DNA from: Paramecium tetraurelia
Taxonomy: Eukaryota
Length of the DNA stretch: 64,000 bases
Direction of reading: 5' to 3'
Assembly (NCBI GenBank): GCA_000165425.1
Contig: CT868656.1
Coordinates: 248,001 to 312,000 of the forward strand
Shown: piece by piece, positions 39,925-53,769 of the stretch
Position numbering within the stretch: the stretch's first letter is position 1
Layout of the letters: the number at the start of each line of letters is the position of its first letter
Made by a program: the position numbers and the translations under genes
The notes under the pieces: generated by a model
Told to the model about the DNA's origin: nothing
The model's database searches: none
What the model saw: only the letters and a program-made list of their open reading frames with translations

Positions 39925-42570
39925 TCAATAATTTGAATCCCAATTTTAATCTCTTGCTTTTTCCTTTTTATAGGGTACACCTATTGAAATTGATTTCCTT
40001 TGATGCCAACTTGTTATGAATAACAGCCGACTGGATATCTTTCTCTTGAATCATCCTAGACTTCTTCGGTAAGAAAGGAGGCTTGAGTTCTTTATCCATC
40101 AATTTATCCTAAGTCAATTTAAATCAAAAAGTACCCAGTCAAATTTATCAAACCAAGTATTGGCCTTAAGAGAAGCATAGCCTCCACCCAAACGAGCCTC
40201 TGGTGTTTTTGATAGTAATTATTCAATAAATTTCTTTGCCTTCTTATCCTTCATAAAAGTGGGGAATGTAATTGACTTTTTTTGAATTTCTTCATAAATT
40301 TCATAAGGATCATCAGCATCCTCTGCATAAGGCACTCCACCACACATAAATTCATACAAACACACTCCAATTGACCAAAGATCAACAGAGAATGTATATC
40401 CCTTGCCTGTAATTATCTCTGGTGCCATATAATGAGGAGTTCCAATGATAGTATATGTTCTAATTGATTTCTAATTCAAAAACTTGGCTGTTCCCATATC
40501 TATCATTCTTAGGTAACCCTAATAGTTCATAATTAATAAGATACCTTTTCATCAACCATTATATTTTCTGGTTTGATATCTCTGTAAATAATTTATAATT
40601 TATGCAAATATTCTACACATATCAATAATGATCCAATATAAAATTGGGAATCACTTGTAGTCAACAATCCTATTTCTCTAATGGCATCGAATAGTTCCAT
40701 CCCCTTAATAAATTCTACCAAGAAATAAATGTAATTCTGATCCTTCATACTTTTATAAAATTGCATCAAGAACGGAAAGTTAATGGTTGACAAAACTTGT
40801 TTTTCTTACTAATATTATATAACAGTTCATTACAGCTAAATGCCTTTCTAAATGCTGTTCAACAATCTGAGCCTTGCTGATACATTTCAAAGCGTATAAT
40901 TTTTCATCTTGTGCTGTTCTCACCAAATAGACATTCCCAAATTACCCCTAACCCAATTTCTTGATGCAAATCAAATTATCTAATTTTAAATTTGAATAAT
41001 CTTTCTTTTAATATACATTCGTCCTATTTAGATACTTCTATTCGTGTGAATTTTCATTCTTCTGTATCATCTGCTCTACACTACCTCCGATCATATCAAA
41101 GAACATTTTAATTTCAAATTCTGCAATGATAGATTCATCAGTTTAGACTTAAATTGTTTCAGTGACTTTATTGTCTTAACCCTATGATTTCAGAAACTAC
41201 TCTCCAAAGATTTTGCCTTTACCCAATACTAATTTTTTTGAGGGCATCTATAGACCTTATAATTACGAAATAAAGTGTTACTGTCGCTATTTCTCCTTCT
41301 AAGATGATATAAACCTTAGTGCAAGGCTGTCCTGATTTAATAATCATTTCATTCTTCTCATAATGCACCTATCTAATGTTTTACAGAATCTTTTCAATCT
41401 AAATTGAAGTTAGCTTTCCCAACAAAGGACTCTGTTGCAAGGCCCATTTTTAAGTGTTAATATACTTAACAGTCTATATTTTTTAACCTAATATTCTCTG
41501 GATATCATCCTTGGACAAGGAGAGACATCTCACTTCTTCTTCGGCTGCCTTTACAGTAGCAGCTCTTTAACAACTTTAATACAAGGCAGCTTCACCAAAG
41601 GATTCCCCAGCATTCATCTAAGATACTTCTTTGTCTCCCTTGATAATGGCCACCTTTCCCTTTTTGATTATATAAAATGAATTGGCCACATCACCTTCAG
41701 ACACTATGATTTCTCCCTTCTTAAAAACCGAAGTAATTAACACACTAGATATTGCGTCCCTTTATTCTTCCGTTAAAAAAGCTTTAATATTAATTCTTCA
41801 TTATTACAAAAAAATTCAACTTTTTTCATGAATTCCCTATTTTCTTCATAACTTCTCTGATTCTGTTACTCGACCACCTTCCTAAAAGTGTTTCGATCAA
41901 TGGCCCAAAATGCACAATCTAGTTAATTGGTTAAAGTAAGTATGTACCTCCTATGGCTTTGACACTGGCACTCCTGGGTGCATTGTAGAGCATGGCCAAC
42001 TCACCGAAAGCATCTCCACTTTTAAGAGTTTTCTTGAGTTCACCGTTAATTATGATTTGACACTGTCCTCTCTCAATCAAAAAATATGAACTGGCCATGT
42101 CTCCTTACTTGAATACGAATTGACCGTCAGGAACAGTACAATAAAACATTTAATCAACCACGTATTCTATGTCACTCTGAGGCACAGATTTAAAGATGAA
42201 ATGCTCATTGAAGGCATTTAACATCAACTAATAGTCGAATGGGGATTTCCTCTTATCAAGTTTCTTGACATTTTCAAATATTTCCACTGTATCTGAGACT
42301 GCATTAATCTTAGCCTATTTCTTTTTATCACCACGTTTTAGCTAATGTAAATATTGATGAGAGTACTTCAATTTGCTACACTTCTTAAACCTGTTAATCT
42401 TCGTCTCCATCATCATCATTTTGCTTATGAGTAGTCTTCTTGGAGACGGTGGTTCCATTCTGTTGAGGGATAGTGATGCTTTCTCCTTTTTTATTCACGT
42501 TCTCACTCCTGCCTGATATAAGCTCCATGTTCTCAGAAGTATATTATTAACAACGACATGCATTTCCCAT
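39925..42570 (-). CDS. PKG: cGMP-dependent protein kinase (multiple cNMP-binding domains plus AGC kinase)
   Basis: Starts MGNACRC. FGELAMLYNAPRSASV, FGEAAL...RAATV and a degenerate FGEQF site; LGQGQFGNV, YRDIKPEN, DMGTA, IGTPHYMAPE; no N-terminal leucine zipper seen. Confidence 0.93.
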
Positions 42571-43154
42571 TTTTTAAATAAAATACAATAAAAAATCAAT
42601 ATTTGTTACACTTTATGAAATATAGTTTCTGTATTTACACCCAGAACTAAATTGCCAAACAATAATTCCAATCTTTATAAAAAAACGATATTTAAATTTA
42701 AGATTTTGATATTCACATCTAATCACAAATTATAAATAAGATTTTCTTTCAATATAATATTCAGAATAGCACTAATTAGTTATTCTTTGCCATTTCTATT
42801 TCAAGAGTGTGATTCTTACAGAAGTGGCTATTTCATTAATAATTTAATAAACAAGATATTTGACACATCTATATTAATGAATAAAATTCCAAATTAGAAA
42901 TTATCGATGAAATAAATAGCTACATTTAACTTTGCTATAAAATTGGCCTCATCCGCAATCTTACAAAACATTTTTTGATACATACAATAAATTACTTATT
43001 ATTTAGATATTTAATTTATCACAAATTCACGTAATCAAATAAAAAGGGATGCTTACAGATCAACAACAGATAGGGGTAAAGAATGGGGACGATTACGATT
43101 TTTTTTATAAAAAAAACAATAATAAATTTTAATTACATATAATTATAATAATAA

Positions 43155-45640
43155 ATGTAATTTAGAAAGGAGAGAGTGAAACTCCATGGCAAAACAAACT
43201 TTGAATATCGATCCTTGGGTAGAAAAAGACCTGATGATGCAGAAAGATTAGAGTTTCTGTCAACTGCAAGAGAATAAAAATTTGACGAAGTAATTGCAAA
43301 GCGATTAGCAGCTACAATCTAAAATCCTCTTTCTCAATCTTAAGAATTTTATAAGAGTGCTCATAAAACTATAAAACAACATCCCCAAATAAGCAGACCT
43401 AGGTAAATCATATAAAATAAGAAGATTTGCTCATCTTGAGGAGAAACCAAGACGAAAACCAGTTTGGGTTGGTGATTCATATTTAGTATACACAGATGTT
43501 GATGGAAGAGAAGAACAAAGATCTAATCAATATAGATCGTATTCAAGTAATAGTATTTTGGTATGTCAGCTACGCAAAAAGCTGATCTTGCATAGGCCAA
43601 AAGAGATGAGCATGGTTAAGCAATACAAGAAACCTAATTAGTGGGGATGGAGGAATACGCTAAGAACACATTGGAGGGCAAGGTCGACTTAACAAAAGTA
43701 AAGGAAATTAGAAGAGCAATCAGGAAAGAAGATATGCAAATCGAAAGAATTTTCAGAAGATATTTACACTGTGGGATGAAGAAGGGAAGGGCAAGGTTAC
43801 AGTCAAGAACATCTATCATATGATCAAAAAATTAGGCTTAAATATGAATTTAGATGAAGTTCGAGTGTTGGTTGCTAGTGCTGATGAGGATTACAGTGGA
43901 GATTTGAATCTGGATGAATTCATGAATTTGATATTTAATGATAATGAGGCCTTGAATGTTGATTTGGGAAAGTTGAAGACTCTGAATGGAGAGTAGGAGC
44001 AATAGTTATTAGAAGGTGAAGATGATTAAATACAGGATGTGTTGAGGGAGAAAATGCAAGTGCAGGTTGAAAATAGACAATTCAATTAATTGAGTTTGAT
44101 ATTGAAGAATAAGTTATCTCAATTGAATACTTCATTTTTGGAGTTGGATCCATCGAAATAGGGACATGTCAATTTCGAAAGATTTAGTGAAGCCATTTAG
44201 AAGTAATTCATTATATTGAGAATAGATTACAAATATCTGAGAAGATTGTTAATGATGAAATAATCAAGAAGTTTTATGATAAATTTAAGAAGGATGAATA
44301 CTAAATTGATTACAGGAACTTTCTAAAACATTTGAAGGAATTTGAATTGCAAAGTCAATATGTGTAGAAGGAAGAAAAGAAACAAAAACCCGTTATGACA
44401 ATCTCGTTGAATCCTTTATAAGAGGAAGAGAAGGTGCATATTTTTGATTGTACTAAAATCAATTCTCATCACTTAAATAATCTGAGATAAAGAGCAACAA
44501 GAATGATTAAGGTATTGTAAAGGTATCTACCTGAAAAAAACTAATTTGTCGATAAGATTCTGAATCCCCTCAAGTAGCAATACATAAATGCACCAGATCT
44601 CACGAATCAATTGCAATCTTATCTATCGAATTGTGGAGAGAAGATTGACACTAAAGATCTAGGGGCATTACTGTCCATACTTCAATATAATAATTTATAA
44701 GTTCCCAAAGACATGGTAGGGTTTTATGTCTATGAAGAAGGAGATGATGACTTTTATGAGAGATGCTCTTAGAAAAGAAAAGGTCCTGCACCATTAAACA
44801 AGGCTGTGGAATTGACTCTGCCTGCTCAAGAAACTCAAAAATCTTCATTCTATGATCCAGGATTTGGATTATCATCTTTATCTAATAAATTTTCACCTGA
44901 AATGGGTCAAATGTTGCAAAAAGTAGAGTAATGCATCTTTAAAGCCAGTGCTCGACAATATGATGTCTACAATTCATTTGATAAGGATAAGGATGGTAAA
45001 ACTTAATTCAATAATAGGTTACATATCTCATGAGGATTTAAAAAAGAAACTGTAAGAGTTGCATATTTTATCAAATAATGAGGAATAATTACTCATCCAT
45101 TATCTGGATCCAGAAATGAAGGGTTCAGTTAATTTTTAGGAGTTTTCATCCAAACTCTATCCTGGAATGACATTGTACGATAGCAAGGGATGTGTGGGAG
45201 TGGTGCCTTCTCTATATCCTGCCAAAGAAAGAAATGAAAATATGAAGACTAAATTGCCTCAAATAACACGTTCCTTTGAAGATACCTCGTCTAGTATGCA
45301 ATTATTAAAAGGGGCCACTCGTTTTGGGGCAACTCCATAACACAAAAATACATTTTTAAATGTTCAAAGGCCTCCTTAGGATTCAGCTCTTTTTTTAAAT
45401 GAGGATGGAAGATTTGAAAAGAATGCTCGTTTAAGATATTTGAAGGAAGATCAAGAGAAGGAGAAGAATATTTATGAGAACAAATTGAATAGAATTCGAA
45501 AGCATTAGAATGAAATTCAGGAGAGAATCGAATAGAACTATTAATAGTCAGTTATAAAGGATAATGAAAAGTGTAAGGCCAAGGGTCTAGCAGCTTGGAG
45601 TTATGAATAAAGAGCGCATATGCAAAACGAATGGAAATGA
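43155..45640 (+). CDS. Multi-EF-hand calcium-binding protein (apparent frameshifts in the 5' part)
   Basis: DEEGKGKVT, ADEDYSGDLNLDEF, DPSKQGHVNFERF, DKDKDGYISHED, DPEMKGSVNFQEF; TGA at 45638-45640. Confidence 0.8.
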
Positions 45641-45708
45641 TATATTCTTAATACATTTTAATATTATTTGATATAGATTTAATAATAAGATTACACCTAA
45701 TTCTATTT

Positions 45709-48700
45709 TCAAATTGCCACAATTAAAAATACTAGAATGATAGATGTAAGTATCCCTTGATAAATGTCAGTTATTGAAGGTGTGTTGATTACCTACGATT
45801 TGACACACTTTTCACATTAAGATGAGGCTGTGTTCCATTAATAAGTATAAAGACTCTTAGAGTAACATCTGCTTTATGCAAGTTTGTATGGTTCTTCTTC
45901 AATGCATTCGCTTTAGGTTTTCTAAATACACACAGTAATTAAGGTTTCGTCGAAGCTCAGAATTGGAGAACAATCTGGACTATTACTGCAGGTAATGGAT
46001 TTGCAAGTTGTTACTTCTGTGTTATTTTGTTTAGTATAGTCAAAATAGCAAACTTTAGATTTCTTAGAGCACGCAGTGAAATTATCATTGGCATCTTCGC
46101 ATTTAGACATCAACGAACAATTTAGACCATCAAAAATGCATACACCATCAAGTCCATCAGATTCACATGCTGTCTAGGTAGTATAATCAGAACATTTTTG
46201 TTTCTGAAGACATTTAATGCCATCTGAGATACAGCCAGACTTTAATTTCGAACAAGCTGCAGTTGTCCTTTCCTAATAATCTACGCAATCTTTAATCCTG
46301 CACAATTTGGAACCAGAGGGTCTATTTAAAGGGAAAGTAAAAATGCATGGTCCATCTATGCCCTCATAACAGGACTATTCAAGATAGTCAGAGCATATTG
46401 ATTTACTCATGCATTTAGTTCCATCGGTTGTACACTTTAGTTTGGGATTGAATGATGAACAATATTCGTATGTCATTTATGAGACTAGAGGAACATCAGG
46501 ACATTACTAAAGTCTGCAAGTAGCTTATTCTGAAGATTAATCCCAAAAACAAGAACCATCCTTTCCATCTGAGTTACAAGCGATTTTGGTTAAATAAGAT
46601 GAGCAATTTCCAATTTGTATACATTTGACACCATCAGACGTACAAGTATTTGAGTAATATTAACAATCTTCTTTAGTGCTTCCAAAAATATCAGAACATT
46701 ATTGAAATATTTGACATCTTTGCATTTAATCAGATTACCCGATTACCCAACCACAAACTCCATCTGTACCAGTATTACAACTAATAGTATTAGTGTATTG
46801 AGCACATTTGGATAAGGGCATGCAACTATCACCATTACTAGTGCATAACTTAGAATAGACTTAGCATTCTGCGAATGTGGTTTTTTTGATATCTGAACAT
46901 TGTGAAAAAGTCATGCAAGAATTGGTTTAAGTAATCCAAAGACAGGGACGACCTTGATAATCTTTTGTGCATTTGGATTTGATGTTAAGATTTTCACAAG
47001 CATATTGTTTGCGAGTACATCCATAACCAGCTGTTATGCATTCTGATGATATTGATTTACAAACTGAATCTTCTGTATAGGATATAGGTGCATCTTCACA
47101 CACTTTGTCTCTGCAACTATTAATTTCCCAAACACATTTTTGTAAATATCCTAAGGAAATGGCAGTGAGACATGTTTGTTTGTTCAAGTATTTGTTACAT
47201 TGATTGATTTCAATGCATCCATTTCCTGTTGTTGTGCAACTTGGATTCAAGGCCTAACAATGTTCATGTTTTTTTAATAGAACACTTGCATCTGAACAGA
47301 CCCAATCTCTGCACTTTTGAGTAGCAAAATTCCAACTGCATTTCATATTGGCATTATTCAAACATTAAGAATATTTAGTGATTTGTTAACATAACTTTGT
47401 ATTATTTAAACAGCCATCAATATACTAGCAATCAGATCTTACCTTACACAAAGATTTCGAGGCTAACATTTCACATCTATCACTATCAGCACATCCATAA
47501 CCTGTAGTTTTACATCCAGATTTAAACTGATTGCATTTCTCATCTGTATTATAATTATTTGGCGCATCTGAACATAACAATTTCTGACATTATTAAATAG
47601 TATGATCAATTCCTTTGCATGGTTTATCCAAGGCATCAAACAGAATACAAGTATTAGCACTTCCATAGAATTAAGAGCAATTACGTTTAGTCAGACATTA
47701 GAACCCATCACTTACACATCCTTCCAAAAATGAATTACACACTACATCATTGGTACCTCTTGACAAGTGATTACACTCTCTATTTATACATCTGGTGCTA
47801 CTGGTCGCATCACCATCATTCCAACATGGCTTTGTACCTTTTTCCCCTTTGAATCTACTACATAATGCTTAAGTTCCATAATAACTAGAACATGGTTGTG
47901 TATCTTCGATGCATCCGACTCCTTTACTGAGACAACCTGGCATGAATTTATTACAATCCGAATCAAGAATGGCTTTGGTATTGTCAGAACACTGTCTATC
48001 TCTGCATGATTGAATATTAACGAGACTATCCGAATAGCATAATCTTCCATTTCCCTTAAATGTAGAACATGTTTAAAGATTTCCAATATAACTAGAGCAG
48101 GGTTCCAAATTAGAAATACAACCTTTGCCATTGGTGACACACCCATCCATAAATGAGTTACACGCAAGATCTGTAGTAGATTCTTAATCATGGAAACACT
48201 CTCTCACTGAACATTTTATAGATAAATTTGATCCTCTGCATTTCTTTCCATTACCTACAAATTTCAAGCAACTGGACTAAGTGCCTTTATAAGTATTACA
48301 CGTTTATGTTAGTTCTGTACATCCTCTACCAGTAGTCACACATCCCTTTAAAAATAGATCGCATTAAACATTATTCACAGCTGTCTAATTATCTGAGCAT
48401 CTCCTGGCCCTACATGTCATACTCGTATTGTTTGGATCCTAGAAACAACTCTCCCCACTTAGAGTAGTCACATTTAGACATTATTATCTGTTGTATCCAA
48501 TATATTGTGAGCATTATGTCTAAATATTGATGCATTTGATTCCATCATATGTACAACTTGGAATGTACTTGTTACCAACAGTTTAACCGATATATTATTA
48601 ACATACGTCTAAACTATAAAGATTTTATCTATTAGAACAGTCCTTTAATATGCAATTACTATCCATTCCTTAATTATTTCTGATATCATACCAACATTAT

Positions 48701-51700
48701 TTATTACTAGCATCAGTTAATTAAGTACATAACTAATTGGAAGCTATGTATTTATTGCAGTTCGCTGCTGCTTATATACATCTAGTACCGTTATATCTAC
48801 ATGAAGGTAAATGCTTTAAACAATTTTCTATTGAAGCATCCTTAATGAAATCATCGCATGTTGCATTAATGCAAATACTACCCAAATCTTAATACCAACA
48901 AGACAGATTGGCTTTTGTTTTAACTTATGAACAAGCATCTTTGGAAAATCCAATATATTGAGAACATGTATCCTTTGCATCTTAGCACTTAATTCCATAA
49001 TATCTACAAGTACTCAAATGATTGACGCAATCCTCAGCAGAATAGAATGGCAGTGTATCTTAACAAGTTCTATTCACACAAGTTGAACTTGCTTCCTTGT
49101 ACCAACAGTACTCCCCCTTTTTGTTTGTGACTACCTGACAAGCACTCAGAGTGAAATTAACATAATCAGTGCAGTTATCCTTTTCATCCACACACTTATT
49201 GTCACCATCAAATCTACATGACTCTAAATGATTTCTACAAGCTGAATCTGAAATGGACTAAACTTCATCACTACATTGTCTATCTTAACATGGATCGTTA
49301 TTATCTTCAGATTTCCAACAATTCGGTAAGAATCTACATTCACTCAAACTCAGTGTTTTATAATCACTACAAGTATTCTATTTCTTAGTGCACTTTGATC
49401 CAGTATAAATACAACTAGAATCATGTATTTAACAAATCTCAGTTGAATATTCTGTCAATACTTCTTAACATGTTCTTTCCTTACACTTCCCGTTAATATC
49501 AAACCAACAACCTTTCCCTACTTTATTTTTTGCCTCCTTGCATCCCTATTCAGAAAAACCATTATATGTTGAACAACTGTCTTACACCTCTTCACACTTA
49601 TCAATCCCATTGAAAATACAGTTTTTTCTGTAAGATGTGCAATCCTTTTACGATTTAACATTTTGTGCATCTTTACACTAACGATTGGCGCAATAGAAAT
49701 TTATCTCTCCATTTGTGCATAAATCCCCATCCACATTAACCAATATTTGGCATTATTCTTACTAGTATCCATAATAATAATCACAACTATCTTGTTTTTC
49801 TATGCATTTTCCACCATCAAAAGCACAAATAGACAGGTATTCTTCACATTCTTGCAAAGACAAAGGATTTTATACATCCGAACATTTACGATCTTCACAA
49901 TAGTCTATTCTTACACATTGTAATCCATTTCCCCTATATTTTGAACATGTATCCTCATCCCCTTTATAAGTATCACAAGTTAACTCTGCATCTTGACATC
50001 CCTTCTCATTGAATACACACCCTTGCATGAACTTATTACATTCCTAATCATTCTATGCGTCAACATTGTGACTACACTATTTATCTGAACATTAACCTGA
50101 AAATCCTTAATCATACCAACATTTCTTTCCATTACCAACAAATTTAGAGCAATCATCTATTGAATTGCCTAAATATTAATTACAAGGAGCTGTTGATGCA
50201 ATACATCCAACCCCCTTAGTTACACATCCAGATTTAAACAAATTACATTCATAATCTTCCAATGCTCCCTAATTGTCATAGCATTCCAAAGGACGACAAT
50301 TACCAATTTCTCCTAGATTTTGTGAACATTTGCTATTCAAAGCATGACACTATTAGGAATCTCCATAAAATTCCTGACATTCTGCATTTTAATTAACACA
50401 TCCATACTTCCCAGTAAATTTGCACCCCTCTAAAGTCTTATCACAATCTTATTGGGATAGAGCAGATTAATTATCTTAACACACTGTGGAACGGCATTTT
50501 GAAGTAGCAGAATTGTAAACACATGGGATTTTACCATTATTGCCTTTGTAATGTGTGCACGTATCTTCATCTCCAAAGTAATCTTCACAAGGGGCTGAGA
50601 CATCCACACAACCCAAACCACTAGCAACACATTTCCATAGAAAATATTAGCATTCTGTATTGGTTCTGTATTCCAAACCTGCATGTTTGCATTATTTGTC
50701 AACGCAAGCTTAACCGTCCCAGAAACATTCAACATTTGATGAGTGTCTTAGACACATTCCCTTAGTAGAAAAATACTAGCATTGATTAGTCACACACTAT
50801 TCAGTCCATTAGCATTTATCACTTGCCAAACAAGATATCTTTTATAGAGTGTTAGGACAAGTGTCACTCTAGACGCACTTAGTTCCATTACTTAAACAGT
50901 ATGATTGAACATTCTTGCATTCTTCATTAGTTTAAAATTTAGCATTTTCACAAGCATTTACTGCACAATATCCATCCGATCCTTATGCACATTTACCATC
51001 TATTCCGACATACATTTTACATTTAACAGCATCCCCTTTATATTTATTACAATTCATCAACAACTTAGTACATTCCACACCATTAGAAATGCAATTATAT
51101 TAATAATCTCCACATTCCCTATCCGTTGAAAATTGAGCATCCGAACAAACCTTAGCATTGCATTATGAAGATTCCTCATAACTTGGACTAGTGCATTTCC
51201 CATCTGCCCCTATTCTTCTTTCACACTCAGATCTAAGACCTCTATAAGAACTACAATTCAATAGGATAGAAACACAACCAATCCCTGTTGTTTTGCACTT
51301 AGGTGAATAGGATTTACATTCTTCGTCAGTTGAATACTTATTTGGTGCATTTTCACAAACTCTTGCTTAACATTTACCCTTCGTTCCTTCTTCACAATAA
51401 CCAGTATTTCCTATGTATTTCAAACACTAATCACCATCTCCTGAGTAGGTGGTGCAGGATTTCAATGTCTAATCTGTGCATCCAATTCCTGTAGTTCTAC
51501 ATCCTTTTCTAAAGGATTGACATTATTGATCGGTATAATATGTCAATGGAGCATTAGCACAATCCTTAGATTAGCATTTGTCATTCTTTGATTCACATTA
51601 ACCATCACTTCCAATCATGCCATCGCAATCTTTGTCATAATAATAGCAATTCACTCTTTTAGTTACACATCCTCTCCCACTTGTAACGCATCCATTGATA

Positions 51701-52227
51701 AAAGAATTGCAAGCTTAGTCAGTATTCAGATACTCCGGAGCCTCTTCGCATCTCTAATCTCTGCAAGCAGTTTTTTCCCAAACGCATTTCTTTGATCCTG
51801 AGGAACTTGTGACTGTACTACACAAAGGTTCACTTTCATTTAAAGAGCAGTCCCTTGGTATGATACACTGTATTCCATCACTTGTACATTACATACTTAC
51901 CTTTTAACATTCAATATGAGTTGTATAAACATAGCTAGTGCACCCACTAAATTGAATGCATTTTTTATTGTAGTATGCACAACCGACTTTGTTTATACAA
52001 ACCTCCTGTGTCAAATCTTTGCAATAAACACTCTCTGGTTCAGTCTCGCTTATTGGCTCATCCACTCTCTCTGCACAAGAGTTGCTCTTCCATTGACATT
52101 TGACATTTTATAAACAATCATTCTCTGATTTCAAATCCGTGCATGAACATACCTCGGAAACCTTTATTTTGCAGTGAACTGATAACATGAAACTCAGCAG
52201 AAATAAGTGATACAAACTATTACTCAT
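45709..52227 (-). CDS. Large Cys-rich surface protein, Paramecium surface-antigen-like (signal peptide, periodic Cys repeats, GPI-type tail)
   Basis: 6519-nt span (2172 aa). Signal peptide MSNSLYHLFLLSFMLSVHC followed by CSCTDL; recurring C-x-S/T-D-G-x-x-C and C-x-W motifs; hydrophobic end GILTSIILVFLIVAI. Confidence 0.9.
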
Positions 52228-52246
52228 TGAATTTAAATTAATATTT

Positions 52247-52699
52247 ATGAAAAGAAGAATTGTGTAAATATTGGGGGTCTAAGGCTATCCTGAATTCATC
52301 TCGGAACAATTTCAGCAGCACTATCAAAAACTATTGTTTGTGTAATCTTAATTGTGTAATTAGAGACCATCAGAAAATCCACTGCATTTACAAAATCAAC
52401 TTACTCTGTGTATATTTCAAAATTATCACTAATTCTAATTGTTAAAGAATTCCATTCGAATCTTAGAACACTCATAGATCCCTCATTATGTAATTGGGAT
52501 CGCATGTCCCCCAGTTGATGATACCCAAGAATAGGAAGTAAATATATCATTCCAATAGTATCTACAATTCAATGTTATTCTCATCGACTCATTCTCATTG
52601 TAATTTTGTGAATTGGAAGAAATAAACCAAGACAAGCCAATAGATTTAGCTGAATTGAAGGATTTCAAAAATTCATAAAAATGCTGTATTATTTCTTGA
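52247..52699 (+). CDS. 150-aa protein with C-terminal CCIIS prenylation box; possibly a degenerate small GTPase
   Basis: Uninterrupted frame MKRRIVQILGVQG...LTLCIFQ...IPHYVIGIA...KNSQKCCIIS-TGA. Confidence 0.7.
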
Positions 52700-52728
52700 A
52701 TTTTATATAAATTTAATTTTTGTTTCAA

Positions 52729-53177
52729 ATGGACCTAGAAAAATACTTAGCGCAATTCCCAAATTCAAATACAAACCTGAATAAGTTCATCTAAAAGGAT
52801 AGCCTCAATCTATAATGCACCTACATCCCACCAGTGGCTATACTCCATAAACCACAACAGAAAATAGATTTCTCAGATGTTATGAATTTACTGCAAAATT
52901 ATCAAAATTATAACACACGCGAATTTCGATAAAGTCATATTGATTTTGACGAGAAAACTTGTACTTGTTATATTTTAATTCAGTCTATGTCACTATTCAC
53001 GATGAAAAGAAATCCATTTTGAAGGACGGAGACGATAATGCAATTGTTATTATTAATTCTTAAAATATCATTACAGTTGGTATTGTAGATTCATTTTCAA
53101 AGTCTAAAAAATAATTCCTCTAAACCTTATATCTTTTTGATAAATTGAAAAATGATAATTATAAGTAATTGTTTTGA
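52729..53177 (+). CDS. Hypothetical protein (~140 aa)
   Basis: MDLEKYLAQFPNSNTNLNKFIQKD...; one short intron near 52961-52983; ends NYKQLF-TGA. Confidence 0.65.
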
Positions 53178-53769
53178 TTCAATATTATATTATTATTCAA
53201 CTCTTTTACTTCTAAAATTGGAAAAGATACTATTTTTATAATTAAATTATAAATAAAATAGGAATTTGAAAAATAATTACTAAGAGTGGATGTATATTTT
53301 ATAGTTTATGACTCTTTTAACCATTTATTAACTAATTACAATTCTACATTTATGCTTATTTTGTATCTATATTAATGATTTATATTTTTATCAAATCCCA
53401 TGTCTTAAAAGTATTATTATTTATAGACTGTAATTAATATCTTTTTGTAAATTTAAACAAGGTTAATTTTATCATTGCAGAAGGATTTGTCTAAAATTAG
53501 ATTGAATCTTTCAATTTTTAAAGTTATTTTATAAATCCTATAGTTCCATTATTCTCTTCTTTTCTTTTCTTTTCTTTTGATATTCATTAATGATTTATAC
53601 TTCTCAATATTATTTTCAGTTGCCTTTGATAAAATATATTAATTTAAATCTTTTAAGTAGAGTGACACACCGAGGAGGTGAAGATTAAGTCTAAAGTGAG
53701 GGGGAATCGATAATTTTCTTTATTCAATAAGTGAGTTTGTATTATATATTAATAAATTCCCAAAATATT

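Noticed and set aside
45709..52227. Repeat array or CRISPR-like periodicity
   Set aside because: The periodicity is at protein level (Cys spacing); there are no identical DNA repeats with spacers, and the DNA is eukaryotic.
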